A stretch of 32,000 bases of DNA from Thermofilum adornatum (GCF_000446015.1 NC_022093.1:510001-542000); one strand, 5' to 3'. Counted from the first letter of the stretch, positions 16,419 through 28,441 are shown. The notes: a model not told the origin generated them from the sequence alone. Translations and numbers: made by a program.

Positions 16419-18809
16419 ATGGCGACAAGCTTTACTCAAACACTTTCTAATGGAGTTTCAAGCGTAGAGTTTTGGCTACTAGACATAAACTACGACGTAA
16501 TAGATGAAGAGCCCATAATCTATATGTGGGGAGTAACTAGAGATGACAAAAGGATAGTTGTAGTAGAGAAAAACTTTAGACCTTACTTTTATGTCTTGAC
16601 AGACCCTGGAAACATAGAGATAATAAAGAAAAAATTGCAGCCATACAGGGTTCTCAGTATTGATCGAGTCGAGAAAAAGTACTTTGGAAGGCCCGTCACA
16701 GCAATTAAAGTCACGCTCAGCAATCCACGAACCGTCCCAGAAGCCAGAGAAGCAGTGGCGAGTTTAGCCGGCATAAGGGAAGTCCTGGAGGCAGACATTC
16801 GGTTCTATATGAGATACATGGTTGACAAGGGGATTCTCCCTAGCTCATGGCTAGAGGCAAAGGTTCGCGAAGTAGAGGTTCCAAGGGGCTGGCAAGTAGA
16901 TGAGGCATATGAAGTCGTCGGTGACATTACTGTACTTGACGAAAAAAGGGCGCCAAAGCTGAGAACCTATGCGTTTGATATTGAGTGCTATAATAAATAT
17001 GGTGAGCCTGACCCAGAAAGAGACCCCATAATTATTATTAGCAGGATGCACGACGCTGGGGAAGAAGTTTTCACGGCAGAAAACGGGGGAGAAAGAAGAC
17101 TAATTGAAGAATTCGTCGAAGACCTGAGAACATACGACCCAGACATTATATTCGGATACAACACGAACCTCTTCGACTGGCCATACCTACTCAAGCGGGC
17201 ACATGTAAATAATGTGAAACTCAAACTGGGAAGAAACATGGGAGAACCAGCGCAAAGCGTCTATGGGCATTTCTCGGTCGTCGGCAGGGCAAACATAGAT
17301 CTATACGACTACGCTGGCGACCTGCAAGAAGTAAAAATAAAGACCCTAGAGAATGTGGCCGAATTCTTGGGCGTGGTTCCGAAGTCGAGGAGGATACTGA
17401 TAGACACCAATAGGATATATGAATATTGGGACGACACGTCAAAGAGGCCTATATTAAGGCAGTATGCGCTGGACGACGCGAAGAGCACGTACCTGCTTGG
17501 ACAGGTAGTTTTACCTTTTGGAATACAACTCTCGAGCCTCGTTGGGCTACCCCTTGACCAGGTTTTTGCCGCTTCGGTTGGGAACAGGGTTGAATGGTTC
17601 CTGATCAGGCAGGCGTATCGATTTAATGAGCTTGTTCCAAATGTGAAGGAGAGACGTGAAGAAACATACCAAGGCGCAATCGTTCTAAAACCGAAGCCTG
17701 GAATACACAAGAACATCGCGGTGCTGGACTTTTCCTCGATGTATCCAAACGTGATGATAAAGTACAACGTCTCTCCTGACACATATGTTCCGCCGGACGA
17801 GGATGTCCCCAGGGATATGGTGTGGGTCGCCCCAGAAGTTGGCCACCGCTTCAGAAAGGAGCCTCCCGGTTTCTATCGGGTTGTCTTGGAGAGCTTGATA
17901 AGGGCTAGGAAAGAAATAAGGGAAGCCATGAAGAGGCTCGACGTCAAAAGCGACGAATACAAGATACTCGATGAGAGACAAAAAGCCATAAAGGTAATTA
18001 CTAACGCGACGTATGGCTATAGTGGCTGGAGCCTGGCACGGTGGTACAAGAGAGAGGTTGCCGAGGCTACGACTGCCTGGGGACGCGAATTAATCAAGAA
18101 GACTATTTCTTACGCCGAGGGGCTCGGGCTGGAAATAATCTATGGCGACACAGACAGCGTATTTGTAAAAAACGATGAAGAAAAAGTTGCAAAACTAATA
18201 GAGTTTGTCGAGGGAGAGCTAGGATTCGAGATAAAGGTAGACAAGGTGTATTCAAAGGTGTTCTTCACAGAGGCAAAGAAAAAGTATTGCGGCCTGCTTG
18301 CAGACGGCAGGATAGACGTTGTTGGGTTCGAGGCTGTTCGTGGAGACTGGGCAGAGATATCAAAGGACATACAGGAAGAAGTCGTCCGTATAGTTCTAAC
18401 AGAAGAGGATCCATGGGAGGCAGTGGACTACGTAAAGAAAACCATAGGTGAACTAAGCAGAGGAAAAGTTCCCCTCGAGAAACTAATAATCTGGAAAACT
18501 CTCTCAAAGGACCTAGAAGAATACGAGGTTGACGCCCCCCATGTTCAGGCAGCAAGAGAACTCAAGAGGCTTGGCTACAGGGTTGGCAAGGGGTCCAAGA
18601 TAGGATACATAGTCGTTAAAGGCTCCGGCAAGGTTTCTGAAAAAGCGAAGCCCTATGTTGCCGTAAAGTCTCCAGACGAGATAGACATAGACTACTATGT
18701 TAAGCGTCAAATCATACCGGCAGCGTTGAGAATCCTTGAGTATTTCGGTGTGAGAGAAGAACACTTCTTGGGAGGCAAGAAACAGGCTTCCCTGACAGAC
18801 TTTTTCTAG
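16419..18809 (+). CDS. polB: Family B DNA polymerase (all exonuclease and polymerase motifs intact, no intein)
   Basis: 796 aa. Exo I FDIE, Exo II NTNLFDWPYL and Exo III YALDDA are present. Pol A LDFSSMYPN, Pol B KVITNATYGY and Pol C YGDTDS are also present. Confidence 0.95.
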   Translation: MATSFTQTLSNGVSSVEFWLLDINYDVIDEEPIIYMWGVTRDDKRIVVVEKNFRPYFYVLTDPGNIEIIKKKLQPYRVLSIDRVEKKYFGRPVTAIKVTLSNPRTVPEAREAVASLAGIREVLEADIRFYMRYMVDKGILPSSWLEAKVREVEVPRGWQVDEAYEVVGDITVLDEKRAPKLRTYAFDIECYNKYGEPDPERDPIIIISRMHDAGEEVFTAENGGERRLIEEFVEDLRTYDPDIIFGYNTNLFDWPYLLKRAHVNNVKLKLGRNMGEPAQSVYGHFSVVGRANIDLYDYAGDLQEVKIKTLENVAEFLGVVPKSRRILIDTNRIYEYWDDTSKRPILRQYALDDAKSTYLLGQVVLPFGIQLSSLVGLPLDQVFAASVGNRVEWFLIRQAYRFNELVPNVKERREETYQGAIVLKPKPGIHKNIAVLDFSSMYPNVMIKYNVSPDTYVPPDEDVPRDMVWVAPEVGHRFRKEPPGFYRVVLESLIRARKEIREAMKRLDVKSDEYKILDERQKAIKVITNATYGYSGWSLARWYKREVAEATTAWGRELIKKTISYAEGLGLEIIYGDTDSVFVKNDEEKVAKLIEFVEGELGFEIKVDKVYSKVFFTEAKKKYCGLLADGRIDVVGFEAVRGDWAEISKDIQEEVVRIVLTEEDPWEAVDYVKKTIGELSRGKVPLEKLIIWKTLSKDLEEYEVDAPHVQAARELKRLGYRVGKGSKIGYIVVKGSGKVSEKAKPYVAVKSPDEIDIDYYVKRQIIPAALRILEYFGVREEHFLGGKKQASLTDFF

Positions 18810-18819
18810 CTCAGTGTTT

Positions 18820-19473
18820 CTAGGTGATTTCTAAGAGTATAATGTAGAGGTTGTTCACGATGTCGTAGAGGGTGTCAGAGCTGTCTTCCAGCATCTCTGC
18901 TATGCTTGTTAGCAGGAGCATTGTTCCGCTTGAGATATTGGACCCAAGAACCTCGAAGATTGTTTCTCTGTATAGCGCGTCATTGGCGTGCTCGAGTTCG
19001 GCGATTTTTCTCAGGTCTCCTAGCGACTGAGAGGGGTCGTTGAGCAACTTGTTCATAGCCTGGCTGAGTAGCTCGGTCATTGCTGAGACGTTGTCGCATA
19101 TCTTGACGAGGTTTGTTGCGACATTTTCGGGGATAATCCAGTTTTTGTCCGTCAGGAATCCCAGCCTGTAGGATATCCCGCTCAACTTGTCAATTACAGC
19201 GAGGATCTGTGAACCAATTCTTACCCATTCTTCGCGATGCATCAGTGCACGCGAGGCCTTCGTTAAGTAGCTCAGGTAGTCTGTTTGGAGATTTATTGTT
19301 TCTTCTTTTGCCTTCTGTATCCTGTTTATCCGTGCCTTCTGGTCCTCCCGATACTTCTCGTCATTAATAGTCTTTATTATCCTCCGTATCTCCTCTAGCA
19401 TTTCCTGTGAGAGCTGGAGCTCTTTCCTCAATGTCGCGATTAGTTTTGCGTCCGCGATGGATAGGTTGGACAT
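18820..19473 (-). CDS. DUF47 / PhoU-like helical-bundle protein
   Basis: 217 aa and predicted all-helical. IAELEHANDALYRETIFEVL and SIAEMLEDSSDTLYDIVNNL resemble the repeated E-x-x-x-D helices of the DUF47/PhoU families. Its start abuts the stop of the upstream 90-aa gene (GAA TAA ATG). Confidence 0.45.
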   Translation of the reverse strand: MSNLSIADAKLIATLRKELQLSQEMLEEIRRIIKTINDEKYREDQKARINRIQKAKEETINLQTDYLSYLTKASRALMHREEWVRIGSQILAVIDKLSGISYRLGFLTDKNWIIPENVATNLVKICDNVSAMTELLSQAMNKLLNDPSQSLGDLRKIAELEHANDALYRETIFEVLGSNISSGTMLLLTSIAEMLEDSSDTLYDIVNNLYIILLEIT

Positions 19474-19746
19474 TTATTCCACCCTTTTCGCCCTTATAGT
19501 AGCTATCGAGTTGTCTGCGACGCCATTGCTTTTAAGTTCATCGGTGTTGCACCAGACTTCTCCTCGTGGTACAGACTCATTTGGCATGGCTGTGAAGTAG
19601 AGTTTTTTCTTGCCGGCTATAACTACTTCTATGTCCGAGGATATCGAGAGCTCGTTCATTGTGTCGGGGTGCATGAATGCTTTGCCAGCCGGGACCTCTT
19701 CGCGCCATCGGAGCCTTAGCCTTCTTTCCTTGCGTTGCATAGCCAT
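19474..19746 (-). CDS. Small stand-alone double-psi beta-barrel / AbrB-like (VAT-N/Cdc48-N-like) protein
   Basis: 90 aa. RLRLRWREEVPAGKAFMHPDTMNELSISSDIEVVIAGKKKLYFTAMP...GVADNSIATIRAK parallels the Cdc48/VAT N-terminal subdomain pattern (LrV.e....g.a.i.p.tm..Lgv..GD.veI.Gkr.t.a.v). By-eye similarity only. Confidence 0.4.
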   Translation of the reverse strand: MAMQRKERRLRLRWREEVPAGKAFMHPDTMNELSISSDIEVVIAGKKKLYFTAMPNESVPRGEVWCNTDELKSNGVADNSIATIRAKRVE

Positions 19747-19831
19747 ACGGACTCATGAATGTAAACGCTTGTAATAATTATTTTTTTCGCAGTTAGGATA
19801 AAAATACATGTTCAGGCATACTGAATCTATT

Positions 19832-20812
19832 CTACCTGTGCATAGATCTTTTTGCTCTACGCACCTTTAACCTTCGTATCCTACAATTCTCAGTTATGCA
19901 TAATACGACGCCTCTTTTCAATTTTGTGTATTTCAGGAGCTCGGAGGCTTGAAGCTGGCATCCAAGCTTCTGGAGTTCTAGCTGGGTAAAACTGGTAAGC
20001 AAAATATAGCGCGAATTATAGACTGCCCTCTCTGAGAGGTCGTCTAGCCGCTGGGACACAGCTATCACGAGTTCTCCGTACTTTCTCAGTTCAAGAAAAA
20101 GCCTTTCACCTATAGTTGGCTGTTCCCATCTAGCCCTATATGTTAGTATGTTCCATGCCTCCTCTATTACGGTTGCATGCATGATTCTCCCTGGCCTGGT
20201 CTTGGACGTGACATAGTCGTACAGATGTTTCAGTATAATGAGTGAAAGAAGGCCGCGGTATCTTACCGGGAGACGGCTCAGATCGACTGCGACCGTCTTC
20301 TCAAATAGAAAACTCGGTGGGTTGTCTCCGTTAAGGGTCTTTCCAAGTGTGCCCTCATTGAGTATCGTTAGCCTCCTCAATAATGCAGACTTAATCTCGT
20401 ATTCCCGCCAATCCCGTACAGCCTCCTCTTCGAGCAGTGAAATAACATCCACTAGCCTGTAGGGCGGCTTCCCCCTCTTCAAGGCCTTCAGCAAGATGTA
20501 CCACTGTGGCTCTGATACCTGAAATACACTGCTGAGAATATCCACTATGAATTCTATTTCCTGTGTAGCCAGCATGTTAAAAGAAAGATCTTCGCCCGGA
20601 GTAACCCGGGGCAGTTCATCGTATTCCCCGTGAAAATCGAGAACAAGCGATGGTACCTCGTTTTTCTCGAGCTCCTCCAAAACAACCTTAACAGTATTTG
20701 TCTTGCCGCTACCAGTTGGCCCAACGACAAGCATGTGTCCCTGGTCGATTACAAGCCTTGGAAAAGGCAGGGAGCCCAGCGAGAGCTTTATCTTTGAGCG
20801 GATCACCATCAA
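19832..20812 (-). CDS. Mini HerA/FtsK-superfamily (DUF87-like) ATPase lacking an N-terminal barrel domain
   Basis: 326 aa with Walker A GPTGSGKT only about 30 aa from the N-terminus. LVLDFHGEY, Walker B ATVIEEAWN and AVSQRLDDLSERAV (the HerA-like sQrP..i segment) are present. The track start is TTG 20812; ATG 20809 is likelier. Confidence 0.65.
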   Translation of the reverse strand: MMVIRSKIKLSLGSLPFPRLVIDQGHMLVVGPTGSGKTNTVKVVLEELEKNEVPSLVLDFHGEYDELPRVTPGEDLSFNMLATQEIEFIVDILSSVFQVSEPQWYILLKALKRGKPPYRLVDVISLLEEEAVRDWREYEIKSALLRRLTILNEGTLGKTLNGDNPPSFLFEKTVAVDLSRLPVRYRGLLSLIILKHLYDYVTSKTRPGRIMHATVIEEAWNILTYRARWEQPTIGERLFLELRKYGELVIAVSQRLDDLSERAVYNSRYILLTSFTQLELQKLGCQLQASELLKYTKLKRGVVLCITENCRIRRLKVRRAKRSMHR

Positions 20813-20830
20813 TATTTTCTGTCATCTAGC

Positions 20831-20837
20831 TTTTAAA
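20831..20837. promoter_or_regulatory. A/T box (TTTTAAA) in the 75-bp divergent region between the mini-HerA ATPase and the OB-fold gene
   Basis: It is centred about 25 nt from ATG 20809 of the ATPase, which would give a leaderless mRNA. A second A/T box, GATATATT, lies about 20 nt before ATG 20888. Confidence 0.35.
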
Positions 20838-20887
20838 TTGGTCAAGGAAACATTTTTTACCGTGGGATATATTGCCATTGAAACAGG

Positions 20888-21355
20888 ATGCAGGAAAACA
20901 GTGATACGAGGGAAATCTATCTGGACTGTTTTCTGAAAATCTACCCATGGGAAATAAAAACAAACAATGTAAAGCGAGGCACAAACATTTTCGTTAAGAT
21001 ACAGCTCGGCAACATAATTCTTTACTCGAGGAAGGTTTCCCTCGCAGGAAGGGTAAAAGAGATCTATAAAGGTGAAAAATTCACAGACATACTCCTAGAG
21101 GCAAAGGAAGATGTAGTACCCCTAAGGCTCTGGCCAGAGAAACAACATCTCCTCGACGTAAAGAACATAGAGGAAAACTCTTTCCTTAAAGCCTTCGGCA
21201 CACTTAGGGAGGACCGGGACGGGAATATATATGTATCCGTTCTGGCTCTCAGCCGCATCCCAGAAAACCACATAGAAAGCTTCTACACAAGTGTAGGGGA
21301 GGATAGAAAGTTCTTCGAAAGATTCCTGAAAAACAATAATACAGGCGTGTCGTAG
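20888..21355 (+). CDS. OB-fold nucleic-acid-binding protein, RPA32/Stn1-like pattern
   Basis: 155 aa. VSLAGRVKEIYKGEKFTDILLEAKEDVVPLRLWPEK...ENSFLKAFGTLREDRDGNIYVSVLALSRIPENHIESFY follows the RPA2/Stn1-type OB pattern (V.ivG.V....y.ldD.tg.i.v..W....g.yv.v.G.lr...g...l....i......e). By-eye only. Confidence 0.5.
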   Translation: MQENSDTREIYLDCFLKIYPWEIKTNNVKRGTNIFVKIQLGNIILYSRKVSLAGRVKEIYKGEKFTDILLEAKEDVVPLRLWPEKQHLLDVKNIEENSFLKAFGTLREDRDGNIYVSVLALSRIPENHIESFYTSVGEDRKFFERFLKNNNTGVS

Positions 21356-21410
21356 ATATACGCGTCAACCTTAAATCCTTGTTGAATGCATTTCTAAATG
21401 AAAAGAGATA

Positions 21411-21764
21411 ATGAGCGAGAAGACAACAAAAAAGACTAAGAAAGAGAAAAAGACTGAGGAAAAGCCGCAATCAATAGACCTAACAGCATTTCTAACTGGG
21501 CCGAGCTCCGAGACAAAAGAAAAGTCCCCCGAGGAAAAAACCGAGGAAAAAGCATACTTTACAGACGAAGTGGAAAAAATAGTTCTATCAGAGCTTGCCC
21601 AGGCAGGCAACAAGCTTCCAAAATCAAAGCTCTACGAGAAAGTTGTCCGTAGGGGAGTCAAGCCCGTAATATTCTACCAGGCCCTAACAAGGCTAATGGA
21701 AAAGGGCAAAGTCAAGCGGATATTTGATCCAGAAATAGAGGAATACGTCTATGTGGCCAGCTAG
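21411..21764 (+). CDS. K/E-rich disordered N-terminus plus C-terminal winged-helix protein
   Basis: 117 aa. The first 55 or so residues are low complexity (KKTKKEKKTEEK...EEKTEEK). The C-terminus, SELAQAGNKLPKSKLYEKVVRRGVKPVIFYQALTRLMEKGKVKRIF, looks like a wHTH. Confidence 0.4.
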   Translation: MSEKTTKKTKKEKKTEEKPQSIDLTAFLTGPSSETKEKSPEEKTEEKAYFTDEVEKIVLSELAQAGNKLPKSKLYEKVVRRGVKPVIFYQALTRLMEKGKVKRIFDPEIEEYVYVAS

Positions 21765-21766
21765 CA

Positions 21767-22093
21767 TTATACCTTTGAGAACTTCTTTTTCAGCTCTTTG
21801 TATTCTTCCTGCTTCATCTGTGTAGCTATAGCCTTCCCCGCATCAGTCAAAACGACTTCATATCCCCTGATCTCTATGAGCCCCTTGTCTCTAAGCCCCT
21901 GAAGAGCCGCCGCGAATCCTTCAACCACACGGTTAAAGTTGGGATTCTTGCGTGGCAGGAACTCCTCGGCTATTAGCTCGGCTATAAACTTCTCCGCCTC
22001 ACTGCCCCCGCTCTGGAAATAGATCTTGCCCCAGTATTCATAGTAAATATACGAAAGCAGAAACTTCTCCACGCCCGTAGTTGCCTGAGACAT
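21767..22093 (-). CDS. Small winged-helix-like protein, function unknown
   Basis: 108 aa. AAALQGLRDKGLIEIRGYEVVLTDAGKAIA is a typical wing/recognition segment of wHTH proteins. It converges on the 117-aa gene with a 2-nt gap. Confidence 0.4.
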   Translation of the reverse strand: MSQATTGVEKFLLSYIYYEYWGKIYFQSGGSEAEKFIAELIAEEFLPRKNPNFNRVVEGFAAALQGLRDKGLIEIRGYEVVLTDAGKAIATQMKQEEYKELKKKFSKV

Positions 22094-22154
22094 CCTAACA
22101 CCGTCAATACTCGAACAAATCCATTTTTAAGCTTTTCTCCAACGCCAGAAACAG

Positions 22155-22231
22155 TGGTGCGGCCGCCGGGATTTGAACCCGGGTTCTGCGGCGTGGAAGG
22201 CCGCCATCCTACCAGACTAGACTACGGCCGC
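22155..22231 (-). tRNA. tRNA-Gly (anticodon UCC), genomically encoded CCA
   Basis: The reverse complement folds as a cloverleaf: GCGGCCG-TA-GTCT-AGTCTGGTA-GGAT-G-GCGGC-CTTCCAC-GCCGC-AGAAC-CCGGG-TTCAAAT-CCCGG-CGGCCGC-A-CCA (77 nt). Confidence 0.9.
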
Positions 22232-22292
22232 TACAACAATTTATCTAAAAAGAGCCGGCCTTAAAAAGCTTTCCACAAGAACGCTACGGTAG

Positions 22293-22368
22293 TGCCGGGG
22301 CCGGGATTCGAACCCGGGTTGACCGGATTATGAGTCCGGCGCCCTTGACCAGGCTAGGCGACCCCGGC
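22293..22368 (-). tRNA. tRNA with CAU anticodon: elongator tRNA-Met or tRNA-Ile2 (not initiator), no encoded CCA
   Basis: The reverse complement folds as GCCGGGG-TC-GCCT-AGCCTGGTCAA-GGGC-G-CCGGA-CTCATAA-TCCGG-TCAAC-CCGGG-TTCGAAT-CCCGG-CCCCGGC-A (76 nt). It has G1:C72 and no GGG/CCC anticodon stem, so it is not the initiator. Confidence 0.85.
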
Positions 22369-22400
22369 TGGCGCGCCATAAAGGAAAATGCCTGGTGGAG

Positions 22401-22408
22401 ATTTAAAT
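22401..22408 (-). promoter_or_regulatory. TATA box (ATTTAAAT) for the tRNA-CAU gene
   Basis: A palindromic A/T octamer is centred about 36 nt upstream of the mature tRNA 5' end at 22368. That fits an archaeal TATA at about -26 plus a short leader. Confidence 0.5.
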
Positions 22409-22483
22409 CTTTTGTAGAGGACGTGCTGGATACCTCTTGGAAAAAGGATACCATGGATACAAAGCTACCCGTATTGTTGCCTC

Positions 22484-23383
22484 CTAGAAGGAGACTCTGC
22501 TACCAATGATTCTCTTTTCTGCCTCGTCTAGGAATATTTCGACGCCTTTCACTCTGGGGAGACGCGTCAAGACATCTCTCTCCGTCAGTACGCCGGTGAT
22601 CTTGCCGCCCCTAGTGACGACGAGGGCGCCGATGCCGTGCTTCTTCATGTGGTTGACTGCTTCCCCCACGTCTGCCTCCTCCTCGACTGTTATCACTGGC
22701 TTGGAGGCCAGGTATACCAGGGGAGTCGAATAGACGGCGTCCCTGTCGCTCTTGAGCTTCGAGAGGCTCTCCTCCTTCGAAAGGTAAGCCAGCACGTCCT
22801 TGACTGTGACTATGCCTTTCAGCTCTCCCGAAGACGCCAAGGGCAATCTACGTATACGCCTCTCAGACATAACCCTCATGCAGTGCTGCAAGGTATCCAT
22901 TGGCGAAGCCGTGACAACCTCTGGAGTCATAATCTCCTTAACCTTGACATGCGTATCAACGTCGGCCAACAGTGAAATCACGTGCCTCTCAGACACAATA
23001 CCAACAACACGGTGAGCCTTGTCGACGACGGCAAGCGCGCCAAGCCCACGCTCAACCATTAACTCGATAACCTCGCGCACATCGGAATCATTGAACACAA
23101 ATGGCGGATCATAACTGATTATATCAACAGATACGTCTCCCAGCGCCCTGTAAACGTCTCCACCAAACCTAGACACGACAATCTCATCGTATCTCTTGCC
23201 CCCAAGAAAGTCAACAACGCCACGCGCAGAAACCATTCCGGAAAGCTTCCCATCCTCGTCAACCAATGGGACATGACGCACCTTGTTCCTCCCCATAGCC
23301 AGCAATACGTCCATAACGCTTGACCTCCTAGGCAAAACCGCCAACGGAGGAAAACGGCCGATCGGTAGTTCTGCTACACGCAT
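22484..23383 (-). CDS. Protein with four tandem CBS domains (two Bateman modules)
   Basis: 299 aa with four recurrences of the CBS pattern: GMVSARGVVDFL, VGIVSERHVISLL, KGIVTVKDVLAYL and TGVLTERDVLTRL. Confidence 0.85.
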   Translation of the reverse strand: MRVAELPIGRFPPLAVLPRRSSVMDVLLAMGRNKVRHVPLVDEDGKLSGMVSARGVVDFLGGKRYDEIVVSRFGGDVYRALGDVSVDIISYDPPFVFNDSDVREVIELMVERGLGALAVVDKAHRVVGIVSERHVISLLADVDTHVKVKEIMTPEVVTASPMDTLQHCMRVMSERRIRRLPLASSGELKGIVTVKDVLAYLSKEESLSKLKSDRDAVYSTPLVYLASKPVITVEEEADVGEAVNHMKKHGIGALVVTRGGKITGVLTERDVLTRLPRVKGVEIFLDEAEKRIIGSRVSF

Positions 23384-23454
23384 AACAAAAAAACCACAAA
23401 AATGACTAAAAAACTTTGCCGTTAGGCAAAAACAACTACAACAAAAAACGAAAA
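23384..23454 (-). terminator. rRNA operon terminator region (multiple oligo-U tracts plus a small hairpin)
   Basis: The minus-strand RNA after the 23S processing stem reads UUUUCGUUUUUUGUUGUAGUUGUUUUUGCCUAACGGCAAAGUUUUUUAGUCAUUUUUGUGGUUUUUUUGUU. It contains the hairpin UUUGCC-UAAC-GGCAAA followed by U6. Archaeal termination uses oligo-T tracts. Confidence 0.5.
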
Positions 23455-23499
23455 GCGCCGCACAGAGAGATTTGTGCCCAAGCTTACACCGGTAGACAG
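23455..23499 (-). other. 3' strand of the pre-23S processing stem (pairs with 26561-26605)
   Basis: GCGCCGCACAGAGAG (23455-23469) and AAGCTTACACCGGTAGACAG (23480-23499) are exact reverse complements of 26591-26605 and 26561-26580. The intervening 10 nt form a 5-bp helix (UGUGC/GCACA) flanked by 3-nt bulges (AGA, AAU) on opposite strands, which is bulge-helix-bulge-like. Confidence 0.8.
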
Positions 23500-26560
<3,061 letters not shown>

Positions 26561-26605
26561 CTGTCTACCGGTGTAAGCTTGGTCTGCACACTCTCTGTGC
26601 GGCGC
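26561..26605 (-). other. 5' strand of the pre-23S processing stem (pairs with 23455-23499)
   Basis: See the partner feature. It contains 15-bp and 20-bp perfect helices separated by a BHB-like element. Confidence 0.8.
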
Positions 26606-26694
26606 TCATATTCTCCCACTGGTACCCCAGTGGGAGTTCACGCCCTTCACCCGGAAACGCTCTGGTTTCCGGGTTGCATCTCGGTAAGCATGAA

Positions 26695-26714
26695 AAGTGA
26701 GGCACGGTGTGCGT
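26695..26714 (-). other. 3' strand of the pre-16S processing stem (pairs with 28263-28282)
   Basis: AAGTGAGGCACGGTGTGCGT (26695-26714) is the exact reverse complement of ACGCACACCGTGCCTCACTT (28263-28282). A further 5-bp UCGAC/GUCGA helix adjoins it, with unpaired AAGCUUA and GAA. Confidence 0.75.
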
Positions 26715-26731
26715 TTCTCGACCGGATCGAA

Positions 26732-28232
<1,501 letters not shown>

Positions 28233-28262
28233 CTGGCCGCGTGCGGAGGAGTCGATAAGCTT

Positions 28263-28282
28263 ACGCACACCGTGCCTCACTT
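28263..28282 (-). other. 5' strand of the pre-16S processing stem
   Basis: Exact 20-nt complement of 26695-26714. Confidence 0.75.
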
Positions 28283-28441
28283 TCTTATCCCCGAGAGTTC
28301 CGAGCTAGCGCTCGTTTTTCTCGGGGACGCACTGTGTAGCCATGGGCGGAGGCCGCCTTTTCATTGGGAGAGGTTGCCTCTCCCGTTATCTAGGCGAGCC
28401 GCCGGTGCCCATGGCGGCAAAATTATTGGTTAATGGGGTTG

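Noticed and set aside
18820-22368. Integrated mobile element or virus using the adjacent tRNA genes as attachment site.
   Set aside because: There is no integrase, transposase or capsid-like gene. I found no direct repeat of either tRNA 3' half elsewhere in the block, and composition does not differ obviously from the neighbouring housekeeping genes.
23384-23454. 5S rRNA downstream of 23S.
   Set aside because: Only about 70 nt of A/T-rich spacer separates the 23S stem from the CBS gene, with no GC-rich 120-nt element. 5S must be encoded elsewhere.
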